A stretch of DNA of 64,000 nt from a virus: IMG/VR virus record IMGVR_UViG_3300026851_000001. One strand, written 5' to 3'. Within the stretch, counting starts at the first letter, position 1. The number at the start of each line of letters is the position of its first letter. This document shows positions 44,662 through 54,479 of this stretch, in pieces. The translations under genes and the position numbers were made by a program. The notes beneath the pieces were generated by a model, which had not been told where the DNA came from, made no database searches, and saw only the letters and a program-made list of their open reading frames with translations.

Positions 44662-44909
44662 CCCGCCGACCAGCCGAATTCATCGAAAGGTTGAGCCAAC
44701 TGGCGGGCTTCCTATTCGGCACTTTGATGCCTGAAATGCTCGGATACCGGTGAAAGACCGGCAATCTGATGCCGATTACCCGCCAAGCCTAGAACGCTGG
44801 GACTTCCCGGTAGTGCTGGCCCGAAAGGGCGATGCTCAAATCGTGCGGGTGCTTATTGCTCCAGCGCCTCCCCGCGCTCTTTGCCGGCTTCGGTCGGCGT
44901 TTTATTCAT

Positions 44910-44985
44910 GCCGCTATAGCTCAGCCGGTAGAGCGCCTGCCTTGTAAGCAGGATGTCCTGGGTTCGAAGCCTGGTGGCGGCACCA
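44910..44985 (+). tRNA. tRNA-Thr (TGT)
   Basis: Full cloverleaf, CCTGC-CTTGTAA-GCAGG, A73 and CCA. Confidence 0.93.
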
Positions 44986-44988
44986 TTT

Positions 44989-45063
44989 TGGCGAGTAGCA
45001 CAGTGGTAGTGCTCCCGGCTGTTAACCGGGCGGTCGCAGGTTCGAATCCTGCCTTGCCAGCCA
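44989..45063 (+). tRNA. tRNA-Asn (GTT)
   Basis: Full cloverleaf, CCCGG-CTGTTAA-CCGGG, G73 and CCA. Confidence 0.93.
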
Positions 45064-45120
45064 TTTACCAAGCAGCACCGGCCCGGCGAAGGGCCAGGAA
45101 TGCCTATGAGATTGCCGACC

Positions 45121-45501
45121 ATGACCGAGCCAGCATCGACAACCGCAGGAGGGTTCCTTCTGTGGAAGCTGGCCACTTGCCTTATCGTCCTGGCAGTAGT
45201 GCTTGCAACCATCGTCGTGATGGCTATGACCCTGCCGAAGACGATCAAGGAGTTCGTGGTCGCGCTGATCAGCACCGTTGTCTCAAGCCTGGGTGGCGGC
45301 GCCTTCGTGGTGATGAAGCTCGGACTGATCGGTTGGGCGCATGACTACGTTGGCCTTGTCGCCCTGGCCGGCGTGGTATTCGCCTGTGGTCTTCCCGCCT
45401 GGATCATGGTTCGCGCCTTCTACGCATACGCCGATGCGCGCAGCCAGGGTACTGGGTTCATCGACATGATTCGCGAGATTAAGCAGGCGGTGTGGAAATG
45501 A
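45121..45501 (+). CDS. Holin (three TM segments, putative)
   Basis: Three hydrophobic helices and a charged C-terminus; first protein gene after the late tRNAs. Confidence 0.7.
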   Translation: MTEPASTTAGGFLLWKLATCLIVLAVVLATIVVMAMTLPKTIKEFVVALISTVVSSLGGGAFVVMKLGLIGWAHDYVGLVALAGVVFACGLPAWIMVRAFYAYADARSQGTGFIDMIREIKQAVWK

Positions 45502-45620
45502 ACTTCTACCCGAAAGGCATGTTCACCTTCCTCTTCTGTCTGAGCGCAGTAGTTGGCTGGGCGGTGATTGAAAGCGTGCTCTGGGTTCTCTCTCACGTGA
45601 CCATCGGCTGGTCTTGGTAG
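45498..45620 (+). CDS. Small membrane protein, 40 aa
   Basis: ATGA overlap; one TM. Confidence 0.5.
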   Translation: MNFYPKGMFTFLFCLSAVVGWAVIESVLWVLSHVTIGWSW

Positions 45621-45626
45621 CGAGTT

Positions 45627-45800
45627 ATGGCCTGGCTAATCCCCGCACTCCTGTTCCTGGCTGCGGTAGTGTTCTGGCGCCTGTCTTTCCGTACTGACGA
45701 CTATCTCGTCGCCTGGGTGCGCTTCATGGCCGCCATGTTCCTGATCTGCGTCGCGCTGATCTACAGCCTTGGGCTACTGGCGGGATGGATGCTGGCGTGA
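45627..45800 (+). CDS. Small membrane protein, 57 aa
   Basis: Two TM segments; GTGA overlap with the next gene. Confidence 0.5.
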   Translation: MAWLIPALLFLAAVVFWRLSFRTDDYLVAWVRFMAAMFLICVALIYSLGLLAGWMLA

Positions 45801-46237
45801 CCACTATTGCCTACTGCAACGGCGTTATCGCTTACGACTCCCGCAGCTGCCGTGGCACGACCATCATTGATGATGACTTCGACAAGCGCATGGAGCATGA
45901 AGGAGTGTCGTTCTTCATCACTGGCGCCATCTGCGATGCATCGAAGCTAATCGCTGCCTACTTCGTCGGCGAGAGTCCGGCGGGCAGTCAGATCGAGTGC
46001 TCTGCGCTGGTGGTCGCTGATGGACAGCTCAAGCTGATCGGCGTCGATAGCGACACAGGCCTCTGGATCGAAAACCTGCAGCTCAACAAGCCTTACTGCA
46101 TTGGCAGTGGTTCGCACCACGCCTGGACTGCGCTCGACATGGGTTGCAGCGCATACAAGGCAGTTGAGCTGGCTTCTCGGCGTGATGTTGGGACTGGCGG
46201 AAGGATTCGCACCTATCAGGTGGCCAAGCCTGAATGA
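45797..46237 (+). CDS. Ntn-hydrolase (HslV/proteasome beta-like) protein
   Basis: (M)TTIAY..GVIAYDSR, IGSGS..A..ALD.G, A...DVGTGG.I. Confidence 0.75.
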   Translation: MTTIAYCNGVIAYDSRSCRGTTIIDDDFDKRMEHEGVSFFITGAICDASKLIAAYFVGESPAGSQIECSALVVADGQLKLIGVDSDTGLWIENLQLNKPYCIGSGSHHAWTALDMGCSAYKAVELASRRDVGTGGRIRTYQVAKPE

Positions 46238-46857
46238 CTCGACCCATCCCGCCCGAGACTATCGGCCAGTTCGCCGATGGCAAGGACTGGGCAGACGCCT
46301 ACATACCAGCACCCGAAGTTCTGCAGTGGGCTATGGACACCTTTGTGATCGAGGGTGCGCATCTATTCAACGAAGACCACGCACACCTGAAGGATGCGCC
46401 AATCGCGTTCCTGTGGGCTGCTGGTGGATTCGAGAAGCAAGGCCGCTGGGTGCTGGGTCAGTGCGAAGACGTGACCTTTCGCTGTGGCGCCTGGCAGAAG
46501 GGCAGACAGGAACAGCAGATGCTGCAGTGGTTCGGCTATGTGCCGAGCTTCCTGATCACCCTGGCCGCCGATTACTGCGCAGAGTGCTCTGATGCTGAGT
46601 TCTGCGCCCTGGTAGAGCATGAGCTGTACCACATGGAACAGAAGACCAACGCCGAAGGTGAGCCGCAGTTCACTGACGAAGGCCAGCCCAAGCTGAAGCT
46701 GCGCGGCCATGACGTCGAAGAGTTCGTTGGTGTCGTTCGCCGGTACGGTGCGAACGAAGTCGTGAAGGCCATGGTTGAGGCAGCCAACAAGGCGCCCGAG
46801 GTGGCCAAGATCAATATTGCGAGGGCCTGCGGAACCTGTCTGCTGAAGTCGGCATGA
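46234..46857 (+). CDS. Putative phage metallopeptidase
   Basis: ALVEHELYH (HExxH) and HDVEEF motifs. Confidence 0.8.
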   Translation: MTRPIPPETIGQFADGKDWADAYIPAPEVLQWAMDTFVIEGAHLFNEDHAHLKDAPIAFLWAAGGFEKQGRWVLGQCEDVTFRCGAWQKGRQEQQMLQWFGYVPSFLITLAADYCAECSDAEFCALVEHELYHMEQKTNAEGEPQFTDEGQPKLKLRGHDVEEFVGVVRRYGANEVVKAMVEAANKAPEVAKINIARACGTCLLKSA

Positions 46858-46888
46858 CCTCTGACAGACCCGAGACGGACGTGAACCT

Positions 46889-47350
46889 ATGGCAGCTCTG
46901 AATAATGAGGTGAAGAGCTTCATAGTTCAGGCCCTGGCCTGCTTTGACACGCCGTCGCAAGTTGCCGCCTCGGTAAAGGAAGAGTTCGGCATCGAGGTCA
47001 GTCGCCAGCAGTGTGAGCAGCACGACCCGACCAAGCGAGCCGGAAAGGATCTTGCCAAGCGTTGGGTGACACTGTTCCACGACACCCGCAAGCGATTTCG
47101 GGAAGACACTGCCGAGATCCCAATCGCCAATCGATCCTACCGGCTCCGCATGCTGGGCCGCCTGGTCGAGAAGGCCGAGAGCAGCCGCAACGCTCGCCTT
47201 GCCCTGCAGGTGCTCGAGCAGGCTGCGAAGGAATGCGGCGACGTTTACGTGAATCGGCAGACCAAGGCCGAGGCTGACCAGGGCGACACAACGCCGACCC
47301 GGGTAGAAGTCGAGATTGTCGACGCCAGGAAGCGCGATGCCGACGCTTAA
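46889..47350 (+). CDS. Terminase small subunit (DUF2280-like)
   Basis: QALACFDTPSQVA motif; overlaps the large subunit start. Confidence 0.75.
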   Translation: MAALNNEVKSFIVQALACFDTPSQVAASVKEEFGIEVSRQQCEQHDPTKRAGKDLAKRWVTLFHDTRKRFREDTAEIPIANRSYRLRMLGRLVEKAESSRNARLALQVLEQAAKECGDVYVNRQTKAEADQGDTTPTRVEVEIVDARKRDADA

Positions 47351-48632
47351 CGTGCCGCAGGGTCAGTTCATTGGCCTGCCGCACAAGTTCCGGGCATTCG
47401 TTGCTGGGTTCGGCTCGGGCAAGACCTGGGTAGGTTCGGCTGGCATATGCAAACACGTTTGGGAGTGGCCAGGGATCAACTCCGGCTACTTCGCCCCGAC
47501 CTATCCGCAGATCCGCGACATCTTCTTTCCGACCATCGAGGAAGTGGCCTTCGACTGGGGCCTGAAGGTCAAGACGAAGGAAGGCGACAAAGAGGTCGAG
47601 TTTTACTCTGGCGGCCGGTGGCGCAGCACGACTATCTGCCGTTCGATGGAGAAGCCGCAGACTATCGTGGGTTTCAAGATCGGGCACGCCTTGGTCGATG
47701 AGCTTGATGTTCTGCCGGTGCTCAAGGCGCAGCATGCCTGGCGCAAGATCATTGCCCGGATGCGCTACAACGTGGACGGCCTGAAGAATGGCGTCGACGT
47801 GACTACCACGCCCGAGGGCTTCAAGTTCGTCTACCAGCAGTTCGTGAAGCAGTTGCGCGAGAAGCCGCACCTTCAGGCACTGTACGGGTTGATCCAGGCG
47901 TCGACCTACGACAACGAGCTGAACCTGCCGGGTGACTACATCGACTCCCTCAAAGAGTCCTACCCGCCGCAGCTGATCCAGGCCTATCTGGATGGCCAGT
48001 TCGTCAACCTGCTGTCTGGCACGGTCTACCACGCCTACGACCGCAAGCTGAACGGATGCAAGGAAGTGCACCAGCCTGGCGAGGCGCTGCACATCGGGAT
48101 GGACTTCAACGTCGGCAAGATGAGCGCGATCACCCACGTGAAGCGCGACGGCCTGCCCTGTGCCGTGGATGAACTGGTCGACGGCTACGACACGCCAGAC
48201 ATGATCAAGCGCATCAAGGAGCGCTACTGGCGCTACGAGAACGGCGCGTACCACAAGACGTGCGAGATCCTGATCTACCCGGACGCATCGGGCGATTCCC
48301 GCAAGTCGGTGAACGCCAGCGCGACCGATATCGACCTGCTCAAGCAGGCAGGCTTCAAGGTGAAGGCCCCGGCCGCTAACCCGCCCATCAAGGATCGGGT
48401 CAACGCCATGAACGCCATGTTTCACAACGCAGCAGGCGAGCGCCGGTACAAGGTCAACGCCGACAAGTGCCCCATGTACGCCGACGACCTCGAACAGCAG
48501 GTATGGGCAGCCAATGGCGAACCCGACAAGTCGCAGGGCAACGACCACCGGCCTGACGCCGGGGGCTACTTCATACACCACGAATACCCGATTGTGCGCC
48601 GCACTGCAGTGGCAAAGACCCTGAGAATCTGA
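47337..48632 (+). CDS. terL: Terminase large subunit
   Basis: AGFGSGKT Walker A, VDE Walker B, GMDFN nuclease motif and DHRPDA. Confidence 0.95.
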   Translation: MPTLNVPQGQFIGLPHKFRAFVAGFGSGKTWVGSAGICKHVWEWPGINSGYFAPTYPQIRDIFFPTIEEVAFDWGLKVKTKEGDKEVEFYSGGRWRSTTICRSMEKPQTIVGFKIGHALVDELDVLPVLKAQHAWRKIIARMRYNVDGLKNGVDVTTTPEGFKFVYQQFVKQLREKPHLQALYGLIQASTYDNELNLPGDYIDSLKESYPPQLIQAYLDGQFVNLLSGTVYHAYDRKLNGCKEVHQPGEALHIGMDFNVGKMSAITHVKRDGLPCAVDELVDGYDTPDMIKRIKERYWRYENGAYHKTCEILIYPDASGDSRKSVNASATDIDLLKQAGFKVKAPAANPPIKDRVNAMNAMFHNAAGERRYKVNADKCPMYADDLEQQVWAANGEPDKSQGNDHRPDAGGYFIHHEYPIVRRTAVAKTLRI

Positions 48633-48634
48633 GA

Positions 48635-50053
48635 ATGGCCAACGACCCGAGCACAGTAAGTCCTGCCGTCAAAGCGATGCGCGAGGACTTGGCTGTGGTT
48701 GCGCCTCTGATGGGTGGAACCAAGGCCATGCGCGATGCTGGCGAAGCTCTTCTGCCCAAGTTCCCGAAGGAAGAGGCGGCGGAATACAAGTGCCGGCTGG
48801 CGCGCTCGACGCTGCTGCCGGCATACAGCGAGACCGTGCAGAACATGACCGGTCGCGTATTTGCCGAGCCAATCACCTTGGGCGACGACACGTCCGACAC
48901 AATCAAGGCCTATGCCGATAACATCGACCAGCAGGGCAACAACCTGCAGGTCTGGTCGCAGGTCTACTTCGCTGAGGCGCTGGCGAACGGGTTGTGCCAT
49001 GCCCTCGTTGACTACCCGTCGACCACGGATGAGGAAGGCCGCAAGCTCTACCCGACACGCGCTGCCGAAATGTCTGCCGGAGTTCGCCCCTACACGGTGA
49101 TCATCAAGCCTGGCCAGGTGCTGGGCTGGAAGTCAGAGACCCGCAACGGCGCCGAGTTCCTGACCCAGTTCCGCTACATGGAAGTGATCGAGGAAGAGGA
49201 CGCAGAGAACGAATTCGGGACGAAGCAGGTCCAGCAGATTCGAGTGCTGGAGCCTGGCCTGTGGCGCACGTTCCGCAAGCAGAAAGGGCAAGGCGGCAAG
49301 GATGAGTGGGTGCAGTTCGGCACCGGCACAACGTCGCTCGACGTGATCCCCTTGGTCGCCTACTACACCAAGCGCACCGGTTTCATGACCGCCACGCCGC
49401 CGCTGATGGAAGTGGCGCACCTGAACGTGAAGCACTGGCAGTCGCAGAGCGATCAGGACAACATCCTGCACGTCGCCCGGGTGCCGATGCTGGCGATCAT
49501 TGGCGTGGACGCCCCTGGCCAGGATGCAGCGCCAGGCAGCGCAATCACTGTCGGCACGTCGCAGGCGACCTACTTGCCGCCATCCGGTGACATGAAATTC
49601 GTTGAGCACACCGGTAAAGCCATCGAGGCCGGCCGCCAATCGCTGCTGGATCTGGAAGACCAAATGCGCATGGCCGGCGCCAAGCTGCTCCAGAAAGAAA
49701 AGCAGGCCACCAAGACTGCCGCCCAGACCGAGGAAGAGGCCGCGCAGGAGCTGAGCCCGCTGGAAACTATGGCCGGCACTCTGGAAGATGCCATCGACCA
49801 GATCCTGCAGTTCTTCGCGCTGTGGATCGGTGAGGCTGAAGGCGGTCACGTGCAGGTAAACGGGAATTTCGACGTGGATTACGACATGGCCAACACGCTG
49901 CCATTCCTGCAAACCATGAATGATCGCGGGCGCCTTTCTGACCAAAGCTTCTATCAGGAAGTCCAGCGTCGCGGGGTTCTGCTGGGAGACAGGGACTGGG
50001 AGACCGAGAAAGAACTTATTGAGGCGCAAGGCCCGAGACTAGGGATGGTGTAG
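48635..50053 (+). CDS. Portal protein (DUF4055-like)
   Basis: 472 aa after terL; NVKHWQSQSDQDNILH motif. Confidence 0.9.
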   Translation: MANDPSTVSPAVKAMREDLAVVAPLMGGTKAMRDAGEALLPKFPKEEAAEYKCRLARSTLLPAYSETVQNMTGRVFAEPITLGDDTSDTIKAYADNIDQQGNNLQVWSQVYFAEALANGLCHALVDYPSTTDEEGRKLYPTRAAEMSAGVRPYTVIIKPGQVLGWKSETRNGAEFLTQFRYMEVIEEEDAENEFGTKQVQQIRVLEPGLWRTFRKQKGQGGKDEWVQFGTGTTSLDVIPLVAYYTKRTGFMTATPPLMEVAHLNVKHWQSQSDQDNILHVARVPMLAIIGVDAPGQDAAPGSAITVGTSQATYLPPSGDMKFVEHTGKAIEAGRQSLLDLEDQMRMAGAKLLQKEKQATKTAAQTEEEAAQELSPLETMAGTLEDAIDQILQFFALWIGEAEGGHVQVNGNFDVDYDMANTLPFLQTMNDRGRLSDQSFYQEVQRRGVLLGDRDWETEKELIEAQGPRLGMV

Positions 50054-50119
50054 AATAGCGGGGCGGCCAGGTATCTCACCACCTGACCACCCCTAACCAG
50101 ATGACTGTCAGGAGTCACC

Positions 50120-50842
50120 ATGGCTGATCCGATTATATTCGGCTGCGGGGTTTATGCCATCCGCTGCCTTGAAAATGACCATATCTATGTCGGCAGTTCA
50201 GTCGACTTAGAGCGTCGCCTTAAAGATCACAAGCGTCTTCTAAATCGCGGAAAGCATCACAGCATCAGGCTTCAAAGGGCATGGTCTCAACTGGGAGAGC
50301 ATGCATTCTCTTTTGAACTGCTAGAGAGGGTTGATGATGCTTCATCCCTGCTAACCAGGGAGCAGCATTACATTGATCTGCTGGGTGCATTTGGAAAGCA
50401 TGGATACAACATGCTGCCGATGGCAGGATCAACGCGAGGCTATCGCCGACAGCCGCCCAGTGAGCAAGCGCGAGAGAACATGCGTAAAGCTCAGATAGGG
50501 CGCAAACACAGCGAAGATTCCAAGCGGAAGATATCTGCCGCAAACAAAGGCAAGAAACGCTCTCCAGAGCATTGTGCTCACATGGCCGCTATCAGGATTG
50601 GCACCAAGCTTAGCCCTGAGACCATAGCCAAGCGATCAGCCAAGATTCGCGGAATGAAGCACCCGCCATATTCGGCTGAGCGTTGCAGAAACATTTCCGA
50701 GGCATTGAAAGGTAGGCAGTCTGAGAAGGCAATTGCCGTCGTCGTTGATGGCGTAACTTACCGCTCTAAGACCGAGGCAATGCAAATGCTCAAGTGCAGT
50801 TTCAGAACGCTCAAAAAGCGCATGAGTGAGAGCGCTGCATAA
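50120..50842 (+). CDS. Free-standing GIY-YIG homing endonuclease with NUMOD3-like repeats
   Basis: GVYAIR...IYVGSS, R...H, REQHYID, YN; repeated HSEDSKRKISAANKG units. Confidence 0.9.
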   Translation: MADPIIFGCGVYAIRCLENDHIYVGSSVDLERRLKDHKRLLNRGKHHSIRLQRAWSQLGEHAFSFELLERVDDASSLLTREQHYIDLLGAFGKHGYNMLPMAGSTRGYRRQPPSEQARENMRKAQIGRKHSEDSKRKISAANKGKKRSPEHCAHMAAIRIGTKLSPETIAKRSAKIRGMKHPPYSAERCRNISEALKGRQSEKAIAVVVDGVTYRSKTEAMQMLKCSFRTLKKRMSESAA

Positions 50843-51930
50843 TGGCCACCGTCAACAATCGCTTGGCGGACGCTGAGATCGCCCATGCCGTGAGCATGCA
50901 GCGATTCAGCAACGGCGTTGTCCGGCGCATGATCGAGCTACTGAACCGGGTGGATGCTGACCTGTTTGCTCGCCTTATGGCTGCAATCGAGCAGATGCCG
51001 CCTGGCAGCTTCACCGTTGAACGATTGGATCAGCTGCTACTGTCGGTCCAGTCGCTGAATTCGCAGGCCTACGCAGCGCTGCGGCGCGATCTGGATGGAG
51101 AGCTACTGGCCTACGCCGACTACGAGGCCAATTTTCAGCAGAACCTGCTCACCGCGACCATCCCGCAGGCTGTGCAAGTGGTGGTGCCGATCAACTCGGT
51201 AAACGCCCAGCAGGTCTACACCGCTGCGATGGCCAGGCCGTTCCAGGGTAAGCTGCTACGCGAGTACACGCAGAACATCGAAGCCAGCCGCATGACGCGG
51301 ATCCGCGATGCCATCCGCATCGGGTTTGTGGAAGGCGAGACGATTGACCAGATGGTGCGCCGCATTCGTGGTACGCGCGCCAATGGGTACGCAGACGGGC
51401 TGCTTGAGATCGACCGGCGCGATGCTGAGTCTATCGTCAGGACGGCGGTTAACCACCTGAGCAATTACACGCGGCAGGCGTTCTACGCTGCGAATGACGA
51501 GCTGATCGATGAATGGCAGTTTCTGGCCACTCTCGACGGGCGCACCACAATTACGTGCGCAAGCCTGTCGGGCAAGACCTTCCCGATTGGAGAGGGCCCG
51601 CAGCCGCCGCGCCACATCAACTGCCGCAGCACGTCGGTTCCGGTGATCAAGGGCTGGAAAGAGCTTGGCCTGTCCGCCGAAGAGATCGGCAAGGGTACGC
51701 AGGCGAGCATGGACGGCTACGTGGCGGACGACGTGACATACACACAGTGGCTGCGCAACAAGCCGGCAGCGTTCCAAGATGAAGTCCTGGGCGCCACGCG
51801 AGGCAAGCTGTTCCGTGAAGGCAAGGTGGACATTGACCGCTTCACGAACGACAAGGGCAAGGTCTACACCCTTGAAGAGCTGCGCAAACGCGACGAAGCG
51901 CTGTTTGAGCGGGTGGGGATTGCGGCGTAA
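50842..51930 (+). CDS. MuF/SPP1 gp7-like head morphogenesis protein
   Basis: VRTAVNH, ATLDGRTT..C..L and PPRHINCRS motifs. Confidence 0.92.
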   Translation: MATVNNRLADAEIAHAVSMQRFSNGVVRRMIELLNRVDADLFARLMAAIEQMPPGSFTVERLDQLLLSVQSLNSQAYAALRRDLDGELLAYADYEANFQQNLLTATIPQAVQVVVPINSVNAQQVYTAAMARPFQGKLLREYTQNIEASRMTRIRDAIRIGFVEGETIDQMVRRIRGTRANGYADGLLEIDRRDAESIVRTAVNHLSNYTRQAFYAANDELIDEWQFLATLDGRTTITCASLSGKTFPIGEGPQPPRHINCRSTSVPVIKGWKELGLSAEEIGKGTQASMDGYVADDVTYTQWLRNKPAAFQDEVLGATRGKLFREGKVDIDRFTNDKGKVYTLEELRKRDEALFERVGIAA

Positions 51931-51939
51931 GATCGCCGC

Positions 51940-52188
51940 ATGACCGACAAGCCCAAATTCACCGTAATCGACGGCACGCCCCCGCCAGACACGCCGAAAC
52001 AGCGCGTTCTGGATCGGGTCAAGGCGTCACGACCGGCTGATATCGTAAGCTGCCACCGATGCGGCGGAATGGAAGTCATCGAAACCAAGACCGGTGTGAC
52101 CATCAAGGCCGGCAAGAAGAGCGGCGGCACTAAGCAGTTGCTGTGCGCTTCCTGTTTCATGCGTGGGGAGAGGGTGGTGGTCGGATGA
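51940..52188 (+). CDS. Zinc-finger hypothetical protein (copy of 212-460)
   Basis: Duplicate. Confidence 0.7.
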   Translation: MTDKPKFTVIDGTPPPDTPKQRVLDRVKASRPADIVSCHRCGGMEVIETKTGVTIKAGKKSGGTKQLLCASCFMRGERVVVG

Positions 52189-52403
52189 AGCGAATCATTG
52201 ACCTGATACGCGATGTTCTGCGAAGCGATCATGGCGTCATCAGTCTGAATAACAATGTGCCATACGACACGCCGATCCCATTCAATCCGCAAAGGTTTAC
52301 TTGGCCAGGCAAAGAAAGAGGTTTGCCGCCGCCACCAATTATCTGGTACGGAGACGCAAGCGATCCTCCAGAGAAAATGATTGATACCAAAGCCCGCCAC
52401 TGA
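52185..52403 (+). CDS. Hypothetical protein (copy of 457-675)
   Basis: Duplicate. Confidence 0.55.
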   Translation: MKRIIDLIRDVLRSDHGVISLNNNVPYDTPIPFNPQRFTWPGKERGLPPPPIIWYGDASDPPEKMIDTKARH

Positions 52404-52560
52404 GCGGGCTTTTTCATGTCCGCTGTCCTAGGACAAGGGACACGCAGATCACAAATTTCCAGCCTCGGCAATGCCGGGGCTTTTTATGCCCGAGTACCGG
52501 ATGGGGTAGGGCGCCACGGGCCGGATGGCTCAGCAGATGGGCGGATGCCCGGAGAACCAG

Positions 52561-53316
52561 ATGAAACTGAAGCTCGACGAACAAGGTCACGCGGTACTGC
52601 AGGACGGCAAGCCGGTTTACGTGCACGACGACGGCAAAGAGGTGGCATTCGATGCGCCTGGAACCGTTGCCACGATCACCCGGCTGAACGCTGAAGCCAA
52701 GACCCATCGTGAAGGCAAGGAGGCAGCTGAGAAGCTGCTGAAAGGCTTCGAGGGGATCGAGGACGGCGCCGCCGCGCGCAAGGCTCTGGAGATCGTGGCA
52801 AATCTCGATCAGAAAAAGCTGGTGGATGCCGGCGAGATTGAGCGGGTGAAGAGTGAAATCAGCAAGGGCTATCAGTCCCAGCTCGACGAACTCGGCGCCA
52901 AGGCCAAGGCCTTCGAACAGCAGCTCTACGAAGAGAAGATCGGCGGTGCTTTTAGCCGCTCCAAGCTCATCGCCGAGAAGCTGGCCATTCCCGCAGACAT
53001 GGTGCAGGCCCGTTTCGGCCAGGCATTCAAGATCGAGGACGGCAAGACCGTCGCCTACGACCAGCACGGCAACAAGATCTACAGCCGTGAGCGTCCTGGC
53101 GAGCTGGCCAACTTCGACGAAGCCCTGGGCGCCCTCGTTGAGCAGTACCCCTACCGCGACCACATCCTGAAGGGTACCGGCGCCAATGGCGGCGGCGCAC
53201 CGAACGGCGGTGGCGCTCCATCCGGCAAGAAAACCGTTAACCGCCAGTCCTTCGACACGATGGGCGCATCCGAGCGTCAGTCGTTCCTCAAGGAAGGCGG
53301 GACCGTTACTGACTGA
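52561..53316 (+). CDS. Capsid scaffolding protein (copy)
   Basis: Duplicate of 833-1588. Confidence 0.8.
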   Translation: MKLKLDEQGHAVLQDGKPVYVHDDGKEVAFDAPGTVATITRLNAEAKTHREGKEAAEKLLKGFEGIEDGAAARKALEIVANLDQKKLVDAGEIERVKSEISKGYQSQLDELGAKAKAFEQQLYEEKIGGAFSRSKLIAEKLAIPADMVQARFGQAFKIEDGKTVAYDQHGNKIYSRERPGELANFDEALGALVEQYPYRDHILKGTGANGGGAPNGGGAPSGKKTVNRQSFDTMGASERQSFLKEGGTVTD

Positions 53317-53330
53317 TCAAGGAGTCAATC

Positions 53331-54479
53331 ATGGCTAACACCCTCACCGGGCTCATCCCCGACATGTACGAAGCGCTCGACGTGGTGTCGCGCGAGCTGA
53401 CCGGTTTCATTCCGGCAGTATCCCGCAGCTCCGAAGTTGCGCGTGCAGCACTGAACCAGCAAGTTCTGGTGCCGGTTACTACCGCTGCCAGTTCCGCTGA
53501 CAACACCCCGGGCGTCACCGCGCCGAACACTGGCGACACCACCGTCGACAACGTAGCCGTCTCGATCACCAAGTCCAAGCACGTCCCTGTGCGCTGGAAC
53601 GGTGAAGAGACTCGCGGCCTGCAGAATGCCGGCACTTTCTCGACCATCCAGGCCGACCGCTTCTATCAAGCGATGCGGACCCTGGTGAACGAGATCGAGG
53701 CGGACCTGTGGGGCGAGGCCTACAAAAACGCCAGCCGCGCCTATGGCACTGCGGGCACCACTCCTTTCGGAACTGCCGCAGACATGAGCGATTTCGCTGG
53801 CGTCCTGCGCATCCTCGAAGAAAACGGCGCCCCGACCAACGATCTGCAGTTGGCCCTGGGTCACGCTGCAATCGGCAACCTGCGCGGCAAGCAGTCTGGC
53901 CTGTTCAAGGTCAACGAGGCAGGCTCCAGCGACATGCTGCGCAACGGCATGACTGATCGCATCATGGGCATGGCTCTGCGTCACTCCCATGCTGTCGGCG
54001 TGCACACCAAGGGCACCGGTGCAAGCTACGTTACCAGTGGCTCGACCGCTGTCGGCGTGAGCGACATTGCCCTGGTAACCGGTACGGGTACTGTCCTGGC
54101 TGGCGACGTTGCTACCTTCGCGGCCGATTCGGCCAACAAGTACATCGTCAACACCGGAGTGGCCGCACCGGGCACCATCAGCATCGGCAAGCCGGGCGCT
54201 CGCGTGACCATCCCGACCGCCAACGCGCTGACTGTCGGCAACAGCTACACCCCGAACGTCGCCTTTGCCCGCTCGGCCATCGTCCTCGCAACGCGCGCCC
54301 CCGCCCTTCCGGAAGGTGGTGACGCGGCCGACGACGTGATGATGATCACCGATCCGCGCACCGGCCTGTCGTTCGAAGTGGCCGTGTATCGGCAGTTCCT
54401 GCAGACCGTCTACCACGTCCGTCTGGCTTGGGGCTTCCGCGCCATCAAGCCGGAGCACATCGGCGTGCTGATCGGTTAA
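53331..54479 (+). CDS. Major capsid protein (copy)
   Basis: Duplicate of 1603-2751. Confidence 0.9.
   Translation: MANTLTGLIPDMYEALDVVSRELTGFIPAVSRSSEVARAALNQQVLVPVTTAASSADNTPGVTAPNTGDTTVDNVAVSITKSKHVPVRWNGEETRGLQNAGTFSTIQADRFYQAMRTLVNEIEADLWGEAYKNASRAYGTAGTTPFGTAADMSDFAGVLRILEENGAPTNDLQLALGHAAIGNLRGKQSGLFKVNEAGSSDMLRNGMTDRIMGMALRHSHAVGVHTKGTGASYVTSGSTAVGVSDIALVTGTGTVLAGDVATFAADSANKYIVNTGVAAPGTISIGKPGARVTIPTANALTVGNSYTPNVAFARSAIVLATRAPALPEGGDAADDVMMITDPRTGLSFEVAVYRQFLQTVYHVRLAWGFRAIKPEHIGVLIG

Larger units (their letters stand above)
1..51728. mobile_element. Complete temperate siphophage genome (one unit length, circularly permuted), Pseudomonas-type
   Basis: Full set of terminase, portal, capsid, tail, lysis, int/xis, cI/cro, replication and Q modules. 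Sequence restarts at 51729. Confidence 0.95.

Noticed and set aside
44715-44850. HDV-like (theta) ribozyme near the tRNAs
   Set aside because: GGCACT/AGTGCT followed by GG-P4-GCGA is suggestive, but I could not build P2 or an L3 with the P1.1 cytosines. Kept only as an unspecified structured RNA.
50054-50842. Group I intron around the GIY-YIG gene
   Set aside because: Portal and MuF ORFs are each complete, and I found no P/Q/R/S core elements.
50842-51930. MuF polymorphic toxin
   Set aside because: The protein ends shortly after the MuF domain with no evident toxin extension; the downstream small ORF does not look like an immunity gene.
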